From positions 23,204,628-23,268,627 of the forward strand of contig OZ037767.1 of assembly GCA_964035545.1 (NCBI GenBank): a DNA stretch of 64,000 nt. Direction: 5' to 3'. Shown here piece after piece: positions 37,406 to 49,000 of the stretch (its first letter is position 1; each line of letters begins with the position of its first letter). The position numbers were made by a program, and so were the translations under genes. The notes under the pieces are model-generated. The model was given only the letters and a program-made list of their open reading frames with translations, did no database searches and was not told where the DNA came from. Origin of the DNA: Bugula neritina (taxonomy: Eukaryota > Animalia > Bryozoa).

Positions 37406-39161
37406 ACCAGAAGGGGTTGCCAAACTTATCCAAAATTTGCCAAATGGAAAATCGCCAGGACCTGATAGAATTCGAAAGCCTGACATGCTCATAGACTTGG
37501 AGGGTACTGCAAGATGTCTTGCTCTGATCTACAAAAGTTCCTTAGACACAGGTAAACTGCCAAAACAGTGAAAACTTGCAAATGTCACACCAATACATAA
37601 AGGCGGGGACAGTGAATCTCCAAACAACTTTAGGCCCGTATCCCTGACAAGTATTCCCTGTAAAATGATGGAGCATATCGTGCTTCATCACCTCAATGAA
37701 AAGCTTGACAGTGTGCTTCATCATCGACAGCATGGTTTCAGGAGAGGACTGTCCTGCCAAACTCAACTATGTGTTACCTACCATGACCTAGTAAAAGCAG
37801 CCGATGAAAGACATACTACCCATGCAGTAGTTACAGATTTCAAAAAGGCTTTTGACAAGGTACCTCACCTAATGTTGCTCCAAAAATTGCAAGAGATACC
37901 GGGTATAAATGGATACCTCCTTAACTGGATACTTGATTTTCTTTCCGACCGACAGCAGTCTGTTGTACTTAGCCTAGGGCCACACGGTGCGTATTTTGGC
38001 ATGCGAAAATTAAAATCACAAGTAGCAAAGGTGTCCACTGTACGCGTTGAGAAAACATTCGCACTTGTCGCTCAGCATTCTCAACGCAAGTGCGAATGGT
38101 CTCTGTCGTCGTCACCTAATTGGCTGGTAGTTATTAAGCAAGCCCAATTTCTTTATTTTAGTGCTAAATTCCAGTAAATTGCGTTTTATTGAAAGCGAGT
38201 GCGATTTAAAAATGAAAGCTTTATTTATCACGCATCACTAACGCTACAGTGGACACCTTTGCTACTTGTGATTTCAATTTTCGCATGCGAAAATACGCAC
38301 CGTGTGGCCCTAGGCTTAAAGGGGAAAGCTCTCAAAAGTGCCGAGTAACCTCAGGAGTGCCGCAGGGATCTGTGCTAGGCCCAATCCTGTTTTTGTGCTA
38401 TATAAATGATCTTTCGGACTTGTTGTCATGTAAAGTCAGCCTCTATGCTGATGATACTCTACTTTACCAAATTGTGAACACCACTAAGGAAGCAGAACTA
38501 TTCCAAACTAACATTAACGCTGTATATGAGTGGTCTCTAAAATGGAAAATGCCCTTCAATGAGCAGAAATGCTAAGCAATTAACTTTGGCAAAGTAACCC
38601 CTATATCACACTACAAACTCGGTACCACATGCCTTGCGTGGGTACAAAGCACTAAATACCTTGGGGTAACCATCCAGTCAGACCTAAAATTTGATCAACA
38701 CATAAATAATAAGTGTACCAAGTCCCGGAAAATTCTTGGCGGCATCAAGCATTTGATGTATGATGCACCAAAAGATGCTAAGCTATTGGCTTATACAAGT
38801 CTATGTAGGCCTATACTCGATTATGCGGATGTGGTTTGGGATCCTGCGGTTAGAAGTAAGTTGCATGATATAGAGCTGGTCCAATAATTGAAGACAGGGG
38901 ACTTGTAACTGTAACCACTCGAGCGGCTGCCAGAGGAGAGCTTATCTCTATATCATCTAGGAAAAACTTATTGCACACTAGTTTTCTACCACGAACAATT
39001 CGTGAAATGCGCGGAGAATATAATAACTAATTACAAAACAGCAAATGCTGTAACTAGTGCTAACCCTGGTCTAATGTAAGTTTTCACTAGAGGCTTCCCT
39101 GTAGACTTTCCAGTTGCTGTGGAAGTCCTACCTCAACTGAGGTAATAAACTGAGGTAATAA
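37406..39161 (+). mobile_element. 5'-truncated non-LTR retrotransposon (CR1/L2/Jockey-like RT), pseudogenised
   Basis: RT motifs KSPGPD, ANVTPIHKGG, NFRPVSLTSIPCKMME, QHGFRRGLSC, DFKKAFDKVPH, SGVPQGSVLGPILF, LYADD, KYLGV; in-frame stops near 37569, 38573 and 38884; 3' end has a 13-bp tandem tail (aactgaggtaata)x2; flanked by a 20-bp direct repeat actattagtattagtattac (37386-37405 and 39162-39181). Confidence 0.93.
37972..38315. mobile_element. PIF/Harbinger (Tourist-like) MITE nested in the LINE RT
   Basis: ~70-bp near-perfect TIRs gcctagggccacacggtgcgtattt...gtgtccactgta; TTA target duplication at 37969-37971 and 38316-38318; removing it restores RT frame VVL-KGESS. Confidence 0.93.
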
Positions 39162-39769
39162 ACTATTAGTATTAGTATTACTATTAGTATTACTATAGTA
39201 TTAGTATTACTATTACTATTAGTATTAGTATTACTGTATTAGGATTATATTGAGATTTGGAACCATGGAGTGATGGCCGCAGACGTACACTGTTGGTTTC
39301 ACAATTTCTATAAATGTTCAACTCAACGTTTTTAATTGTTGTACATCAAAAATTGTTACTAATAAAGCTTCCCTTCGTAGAGCTTTAATTATAAATAGTT
39401 TTTGTTCCGTGGTCATTCGTGTTCATTGTGAATGAAACCAGTCTTGGATTATTGCGGCCTTGAACTAATAGCTGAGAACCAATAATCCACACTGAAATGT
39501 TGTGCCTTCATAATATATCACTTGACAATACGTCCTATAAAAACTCGACTATTCATGCTAGGTTCAAGGACTATTTCACTATTTCAAGCTTTTACCAAAC
39601 TAAATGGGTTTTTCTCTACTTGATTCAATTGCATTATCATCATTTTTACTAAATTTAACTTTTAAGTCAAGTTTCTTTTTATTCACAAATTGAGGGAGCG
39701 TAAATAATTGAACTATATTTTTGGTGAGTCAGTTTAAAAGCTTTCATTTGTCTAATTTTTGGAATTTAT

Positions 39770-39915
39770 CTATTACTATTACTATCACTATCAGTATTAG
39801 TATAAGTATTACTATAACTATAAGTATAACTATAAGTATAAGTATAACATTAACTATTACTATTAGTATTACTATTAGTATTATTACTATTAGTATTAGT
39901 ATTACTATTAGTATT
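39770..39915. repeat. (ACTATT/AGTATT/AGTATA)n hexamer tract upstream of TMEM242
   Basis: Gives the ITITISIS pseudo-ORF. Confidence 0.85.
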
Positions 39916-40597
39916 TTAATTTTAAAACAATCTAAAAGTAAAGCTTTTACTTTTAGTAAACGTGAAAATAAAAACAAAGGAAATCTAAAAGTCAGAGCGA
40001 CTATCACTATGAAAGCAAATGGAAAGTTACAGTTACCAGTGAAATTTATTAGGATGCTTAATAAATAATAACAAATGACAATTAAGTTTACCCAACATAA
40101 TTGTTGTTAAAATGATAATTTCAATTTGAATTTGTCTAACTCTATGATTTGTTTCAACTTTAAGTATGCTCATACTGTAAGTGTATATAAATTATAATTA
40201 GAAATATGAAAACTGAAATATGTCCGAGTGGTTAAATGTGCGATTAAGTTGTGAGACTATGAGCTGTAGCTCTTGAGACGCGAAAAATATTAAAATTATA
40301 TTTTTTAAGTTAGCATGCTCATTGACATAATCTGGAAGTTGCACGAGTTGAATAAATTATAGAGGCGGCAGCCTTTGACTTATAATAAAGCACATCACCT
40401 TCATATCAAGAGCTACTTTTTTTCACCAATGTGGTTTATGAGACGCTTGTGTTTTGGCACTAACAAAAGTTTTTTCATCGATGAATGGTGTAGATTTAGC
40501 AGAAATATAGCTTTTACTGTTCTACTTATAGTTGATTTCTAACATTTATTTTAGTTGCTGCCAATGCTATCAGTGTTTTTCAACATTCTTGCAACTA

Positions 40598-42291
40598 ATG
40601 GGCAAAGAACCATCAATAAAAAATTCGGAAAATCCAAAATCTGAGTTTAGCTCCAGTGAGTATTATGTTTACTAAATATTGCTTAATTAGAATTTCTACA
40701 GGCTATTATTTTATTTTATTGCTCTTGAAAATCTTAATAAAATTCGCATGAATTTAAGTGAGCAAGCTTTTGAGATAGTCTGAAAACTGATGTTTGTTTG
40801 TGTTGAGTTCTCTCACAGCAGTGCTGACTATAATGTTTTCCTTTGCTTCAAGATGCTGTTTTTATGATATGTGTGGGAAGTGTGGCCAGTGTCCTTGGAT
40901 TTGGCTACTCATATTTACAAGCTAAAAGAAATGAAATTAAAGCTATTACATCTCAAGATACTCCACAGGTATTCTATTTGTATTATGATGCCAACTAAAT
41001 GATATCCTTTTTTCGTCTTTATAATGTTAAATCATAAACCAAATAAAACTTTAATGTCTGCCCAAAGTCGCTGGCCAGTGGTATAAAAACCATGAATGAT
41101 ATCGGTCACTACTTTTTTCAACTGTTTTTGGAGCAAATCTGTTTAGAATAACAATTATCTAGTTTTTGTATATTATATAACATATCTCATCTAAGTTTGT
41201 TGTCTTCTCCTGCTGACATACTTTTCATCTGATAGGCTGTTAGGGAGCAGATGGCTCATATGAAGGAGGGAACAAGACTTGCTTCTCGTGCTCTAGCTTA
41301 CAGTTGGCTCTGGTCTATTGGAGGCGTCAGTCTGCTCTCTTATGCTGCTTGGAAACTTAGTGGTGCTAAAAGTGTAAGGAATACGCTAAAAGTATTTATT
41401 TTTAAAAAGTTGTCTGTGAATAGTATGCTGTAACATAATATTTCTGTATGGCCCAAGTGTTTAGAACACAATATTGAACAAAGTCTTAAAAACGTCACAT
41501 AATGTTCACCAGAAGGAATCTACGTATTTTTGTGTAGAGTCATATCTGACAATTCAGTAGATTCATAGAATATCGTACTTAATAAAAAATATATAATGAT
41601 TTTAGTGTGATTGGCTGGTTCCTTATATGCTTGCGGTATGCAGGTGACACGTGTAATAAATGTATATAAATAGGTTTTATTCTGATATTCTGATTGAGTT
41701 TGTCTTTAGTAAATCTGCCATATTGGTGTATCGTTTGTCTTTCAGTAACACACGATGCTTTGCATAATTTTCACTTTACAAATTTCTCTCAGTTTGATAA
41801 ATTATAGAAGTTTCTAAGCATAGATTAAAATCCAGCATACCTATTATCAGCTCACTTGAATCAATGAACCTATTCTGCTGCAAAGTTATGCACTTTTGAA
41901 ATATGATTTAAGTAATAAATATTTTCAGTCCAGGGGAAGAGGTGCGGCTTTTTGCACTCATAAAGGCTGAATAAAATTATGAATTTGGGTGAAAATGAGA
42001 TTATATGATGTTTTAATTAATCTGACAATGCTCAATTCTTCGTTTCATTAATACTTGATGCTTGTGAAATTCAGTTGGAGTTGTGTTCTCTTTTCTCTTA
42101 CTGAGGTTGGAATATATTTGTTGCAGTTGACTGAGTTTAGGCAACTAGCTGGAAAGTCCTTACCTGTTATACCGAAATCAGGTAACCAAGGCAGAAACAA
42201 CTTTGATTCACTCAAGGATTTAGCTGATTATCTTGAAGCTGAAGATGAGAAGAACAAACACAACGTAGTGAATGCTGAAGCAAGTGACTGA
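40598..42291 (+). CDS. TMEM242: Transmembrane protein 242 (mitochondrial ATP synthase c-ring assembly factor)
   Basis: Exons 40598-40655, 40853-40968 (TM AVFMICVGSVASVLGFGYS), 41236-41373 (EGTRLASRALAYSWLWSIGGVSLLSYAAWKLSGAKS), 42127-42291 (EFRQLAGKSLPVIPK...TGA); phases consistent; matches the TMEM242 pattern LA.RAL.W....G.....WK..G. Confidence 0.88.
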
Positions 42292-43007
42292 TAGGAGAGT
42301 GTGATGTGTATAAACTCCATAGACACTGTGGGGGGAAGAGAATGAAGGTTGCTCATCAGTGATAAAGCGAGGAGTTATGATTAACTACTGAAATATTTTT
42401 ACAGCTATATAGGTTCTTTTATACTATGCAAATCAAAGAGTGGTAGAAATGCCACACTTGTTGTGCTAGAACTGCATCAGTATACAAGTGTATTTTATAG
42501 TTTCAAGTGATTTAAAACACCAGTAGGCACACTTTTAGTATTGTAGAAGATTTATTAGGCCAAAATGCAACAAGTCTCTAAATAATAAATGCCTTGAATA
42601 CCCTAAGCTAATGAGTTTTGCTAAATAGCAGCATTAAAATATTTAAAACATAGTTTAAAAAGCTTAAGAAGTTGCAAAAGTAATATCATTGATAAACATA
42701 CAGTGAGTTACATGTTGATTGCCATTCATGTGTCATATAAACAAAATTAGGAGTATTGTAGTTTATAGATTAGCTGTAGGTATATAAATAAAATGTACAG
42801 TATTAAGTATAAAGCCGGTAATGTTTGATTATAGGGGCCAAATAAACTAATAAATTAAACAAACACAGGGAATATCTAAACGAATCAAGTCATGTTCAGA
42901 ATGCCTAGCAGTTTAATACTTATGTGAATGCACTGTTGGCTAAGCAAGCAATCCTCAACAATCTAATAAATGTCATAGTAACAGCACCATAGCTACATGC
43001 AGTGAAC

Positions 43008-46000
43008 TCAAGATCCAGTAGATCCTACAGATTCAGTAGATACTACAGATACGAGATGCTCCACAGCTTTGCCCACTTGACCTGCCATTTGGAAAAGTTC
43101 ACCAATACTTCCACTGATGGTGCTGTGAGCTGCAAACAATCAACACCAAAAATAGACTTGCATCTTAATGTCTTTCAATCTAATAACTTCAACATAAGTT
43201 GGCTATTTAACAAAATTAGGGGTTCAAATTTAATTATCTGGATAAAATGTGTTTTGCAAAGCACTAGTACTTCTAATTAGTGTGTTCCAGTTGTGGAAGG
43301 CTTCTAGAATAAAGTTTGGCAGATGTCATTGCATGCACGGGACTTGTTACATAACAGTGACTCACCTGAATTTTCCCTCTCGTATGTCGGAGGCAATCTT
43401 TTCACTCTTAGAGGAGAGCTAGAGGAACCAGTCATGGGAGTTGTGCACTTAATGAAGTCTATACTAGAAGGGTCGGCAGAGGGCTACAAGGTAATACAAA
43501 CAACAGTTACATTAATTCACCGTTCCAACAAAAGCTGTAACACTAGAACTGTACATGAGAACTGTAACACGAGAACCTACCTTCTCTAAAAGACATTTGA
43601 GTCTATGCAGTTGAGACTCCAGCTGCTTGTTGTGATCCTCGAGGATCTTCATGCGACCTTCCAGTCGACCCTTGTGCTGCCGGAGGAGATTCGCCTCAGC
43701 CAGCATTTCCACTTCCTTTTCCTCAGTCGCAATACTTGCTGATACTGGCTCAATGTCTCTCTGTGCCTGCAGTCTTTCATACTCACTCTGCAGGTTCCTA
43801 CATAGTTATACATACTCACTCTGCAGGTTCCTACATAGTTATACATACTCACTCTGCAGGTTCCTACATAGTTATACATACTCACTCTGCAGGTTCCTAC
43901 ATAGTTATACATACTCACTCTGCAGGTCCCTACATAGTTATACATTGACTTGATATTCTATATGGGAGAGCATACACATGGAGAGCATTTATATTTTGAA
44001 ACTCAACAGTTTCATCCTTACATGCACACACCAACGCACAGACTCACACACACCGACATACACACACACACACACACCGTACAAACACACACACCGTACA
44101 AACACACACCGTACAAACACACACACCGTACAAACACACACACCAACCTGTTCTCATCCTCCAAATCTTTGATCATGGCCTCCAGCTCGGCCTTCTGACT
44201 ATCTTCCAGAGACATGACTATTTGCATAGGACTCTTGAGGTTGGTTTCACTGTACGTCATGTCTAACTGTTTATGAACTGGCTTTGGGTTCAAACTCAGA
44301 CAGTATCTCCCAATAATCTGATGTTCATCATTCCCACTGTAAAGGGAAGACAATTTCTTCATTGTGGCTGCAATTAGCTAGCCCTTGTATACGGTTAACA
44401 TATTATATACTAACCGTATACAATAATAACCGTATTATATAAAACATAATACTAGCATGTATATAGCAGCACACAGTGACACTATGAGATGTATGACAGA
44501 TTAACTACCTGGGAGTCTGTGCATTCGAATCGACAGGTACAGGTGAGTGAGACAAGCCGTTACTATTTACAGGTTTATTAGACTGTGAGTTGCCATTGTG
44601 CTGGTGGGATTTACTAAACTCTAGATCAGAGGCTAGAGTTTCCTCTAGTCTGACGTCACTCTGGCTGTTGGGGGAGTTCTGGTACTCCAGTCTACTCAGA
44701 CTGTAAACATATGACACCTATGAGTCACACAGCATACAAAAAAATCTACTAAGTATTTATAATTCATAAGTTTTTAGAGCCAACGATATGCTATTGGCAG
44801 CACAGGAGAACAAATCCTGCAATGCATCAGCTAGTTTGAATGCGAGGACACTTGAACTCACGTAGAGGAGTATTTTTCGATATCTCTGTGAATGTCAAAG
44901 TCGTCGACAATGGGAGAGTCAAGACTGGGAGACTGTTCGGTATTCTCAGAACAACTTGATTTGTTCAAGTCGCAGTTCTTGTTTATGGAAGGAGAAGAAG
45001 ATAGTGATATGCTGCAGAAAAAACACAGAGCATTGACATGATAGGAGCTTATGGAGAGCTAATTTCTCTTGTGAGGACACGCCTACTTTCTTATGTGGAG
45101 ACACACCTACTTTTTATGTGGAGACACGCCTACTTTTTATGTGGAGACACGCCTACTTTCTTATGTGGAGACACGCCTACTTTCTTATGTGGAGACACAC
45201 CTACTTTTTTATGTGAGAACACGCCTACTTTCTTATGTGGAGACACACCTACTTTTTTATGTGGAGACACACCTACTTTCTTATGTGGAGACACGCCTAC
45301 TTTCTTATGTGGAGACACGCCTACTTTCTTGTGTGGAGACACACCTACTTTTTTATGTGAGAACACGCCTACTTTCTTATGTGAAGACACACCTAATTTC
45401 TCGTGTAAAGACGCACCTACAGCTTATTATGTGAAGCCACACTTTTTATCTTTGCACAGGCTTAGTGAGCTGTTATGACTACAGCTAAAATATATCAGCT
45501 ACTAGTTACTAGAACTTATATGAAGGAGTTTGTGAACGCTGACACACTTTCCAGTGGTGCCTGTAGGTGAATACAGACTGGAACACATTGCATAGCAACC
45601 AACCGAACAATAACCATATAACACGAGCACTATCTCACAACCCACCTTATTTTGTAAATTAACTGTAGCAAGAAAGCATGAAGTTGGCTTTAAATGACAT
45701 TCAACAAAACATAAGATGTGGTAGATGGATTTCTTCAGCTCGAATTCTTCAAGCTAAGTTTCATTGCATATAGTCACGAGTGTTACAGCGGATTGTGTAA
45801 AAAGTTATGAGCACATTCTAATTGCTGGATCACCGGGTTAGATATCACCACAATTTAGACACTGAAAATGTTGGGGAAACAACTCTCAAGACTACTAGCG
45901 ATATGGAACAGGTGAACACTGGGAAACAGTATTGAATAAGTCAATTGATTCAGACAATCGCGTTGAACTATCTTTTGGAATACGAAATTGTCTGCTCTTG

Positions 46001-49000
46001 TAGCACATATTTTAACTGGTGAGAAAAATACAACTTCCCAAAACTTAACTTTCTTCACTACCTTTAGCAGACATTTGCAAGATGCACATAGTGTATAAAT
46101 CCGCCAGAGTACAAGATATGACCATAACACACACCTTTCTCTAGACAGTGTAGAGTCTGTGTAGCTTTGAGTATTCAGGGGAAGATAACCCTTAGGGTTG
46201 TGTTTTCTGATATATCTGCCTGAGCTGTACTTTTTCCTCATAGGAGACGGCATGTCTTTCATCTCCTCACCAGATGTGGACTAAAGTAAGTTTATAGATC
46301 AGGTTAATGAAAAATCTATTGTACATCAGCATTATGTAAAATACCAAAATATAATGCCATGTAAATAAAGTGAAACAGGAAAATAATTATAATTTATAAA
46401 ATTATATCATTACGTTCCAAGCCAATTAGTTAACTGAGATCAATGGTAAACATGTAAAATCAGCTGATAGTTATCACACTAGTTATAATGCCGATCTAGA
46501 GATATTTATTATAGCGAATGACACATGAATACCAATAAGTCAGCAATAGCAAGTCAGCAAACAGCTAAATACTTACCGAACAATAATACTCCTTCATCGG
46601 ATGACTCACTTTATGACTTTTACCCTTTTTACCCGAGAAGAAACAAGATTGGCAAAGGTTGAAGTTGAAACATCTCAAGCACCTGTACCTGAAGCAGAAA
46701 TAAAATGTCATTAAACAGCATAACTACACCGTAAGCCTATTCAGCAAAATCTCTAAGCAAAATGGCGGCAAAGCAAAGGCATGAACTTTCTAATAAATGA
46801 GTCTGAAAAAGATTATAAATATAGGCTTCTCCATGCTACAAGTTTAACCAAACACATCCCAGCAACACTACAAGCAAGTTCTGTATTTCACTATGTTCCC
46901 ATAGCTTCGAATTATGCAAATTTTTCATTCGATGTTTTGAAAAAATTGCATCGAATGAAACCATATATTAATGCAAACAGCAACCACAAATCCATCCATA
47001 CAAGCATCCGTACATATCCATTTGAAGCAATGGGAACAAGGTGTTTGTGTTTAGAAACACACTATTCACTATTTGAGCGCACAACAAGTAGCATACCTTA
47101 ATCCAACAATTGGTGTAATCTTACATAAGCTACACTTAGCCTGGTGTTTACAACTCTCAGAGGTTGCGAGACGGTGATAGACTGGTAACCACACCATAGA
47201 CTGTGGTTCTAGTGTCAGCCATTCGAGAAACTGGCTACAGCTGACAGCGGCTTGTCCCTTAGCCTACAGTCAAAAAGATATGATGCAAATATGATTACCA
47301 TGTAGTCAGCCAAACTAACACCTAACTGAAGTAGTGTCTGGTAAAGCATTACAGTTTATTGTACAGTTGTTGGGTCACCAGTAAGGCAGAGCCAATCAAC
47401 AGCTTGCTCACAAGTGGTGGTACAGAGGGTTATCAAGTACCTGCTGAAGGCAGCTGTCTACGCTTGGCTTCACATTGGAACCACCAAATGAGTTGAGCTC
47501 GCCAAGCTGTCTAGGAATCTGTATGCAAGCTGTGAGCAGGAGGGATAACTTCTGTTCATCTATCATACTAGACTCATCGGCAAGACAAGAGAGGAGATCT
47601 GCAGCAGAATAAATACACTCAGACACAGCTAGATGTGTGACAACTAGATGTTTGACACATGTGAGCAGATGTGTCAACATAAAATGTGTCAACACAAAAT
47701 AGGTCAACATACAAAGTGTCAACATGTAACAGGTACTTACAGTTAAACTTGTCCTCCACAGCACCTTTACACATGACCACCAAGCCAACCTGGAAACTGA
47801 GTGCTCGAATCTGACCTTGTCTGCCAAGGTCATACACGTTGAGCAACCAATTGAGGCTAAGATCAATGCTGAAAATATATTAGAATTCATTAATCATAGA
47901 AACCAAGAGTAATCAATTAACATAATATACTGCTAATAAGTTATAATAGCAGAGTACCTTCAGCATACGGGATACAAGCAAACAAATGCAGTCCAACACC
48001 GAATAAAAAGCAAAATTGTACAAAGAGAGTGAGAGCATGGCACATTAACAAGTTTAAATCACATAAACCAGACGACCAGCAACTGTATAAAGAACATCTC
48101 CAGAGGCTGATGTCATTGAAAGTGAATGCAGGTGAGAAAGAACAGAGGCTTGTGCTACACATCACGTCACAACTGAACCAAACAAGTGGCTGCATCTTCT
48201 CTAAGTATGCCACGTTTGAGTGTATTGAGATACAAACTCCTTGCTGCTAAGCAACAGACTAATGTTAGCTTTGTACCTGAGAGAAACACTCATCTCGCTG
48301 GCACCACTTTCATCTGCCTGCTGTTCAAACAGCTCCCTCAGACACTCTATCATTAGATTCACGTCAATGATGTCTTCGCTGTGTTCAGTGACTACTCCGT
48401 GCTCTTTACATGTCTGGATCACATCCTTGAGTGCGACAGAGCTCACTGGAAATAAGAATGAGATTATTACACACAATAGATTGGGTGTGCAACATCAACC
48501 CCCCTCCATACATGAATAGTAGAACACACTAGAACTGTCAGTTAATATACTCACATCCCAGAAACTGTTGCACTTTTCTTAACTTCTGTGCCGTACGATA
48601 GGCTGAGAACTTAGTGGTGTTGAACTTGGATAGCTGTGCTAAGAGAGTGACCATGCGAGGGTGGTCCCACTGGGTGGTCTTATTTTCATGGCTACACAAC
48701 ACAAAGTATGGCAATAGTTTCAGTTTCTATCTCAACAGTGGCTCTCACAAAACACTACATACTAGTATCAAACTGAACACTGCAGGTATAAAGTAGCAGC
48801 TTATAGTTGGAGATGCACCTTGAATCAGTTCAGCAAATGCTACAACACACCAACTGTTGAGAACTATGATTGGAGAAGAGATGCCTGAGGTACTTACTTG
48901 ATAAAGTAAGGAATACCGGCGGGTGTTGTGGCCCTCTCGTAAGGTCTACTCACAGAGTCACTCAACAACACTCCCACTTCAGGTACCAAAGAGCTGTTCA

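Noticed and set aside
37972-38177. C-terminal extension of the RT ORF (SLGPHGAYFGMRK...)
   Set aside because: Read-through into the inserted MITE TIR.
39721-40068. ITITISIS ORF, and the Ile-rich ORFs at 18327-18828
   Set aside because: Hexamer low-complexity tracts, no coding evidence.
45038-45478. Repetitive ORFs (also 43649-43953, 51271-51600, 8743-8988)
   Set aside because: Stop-free frames of minisatellites inside introns.
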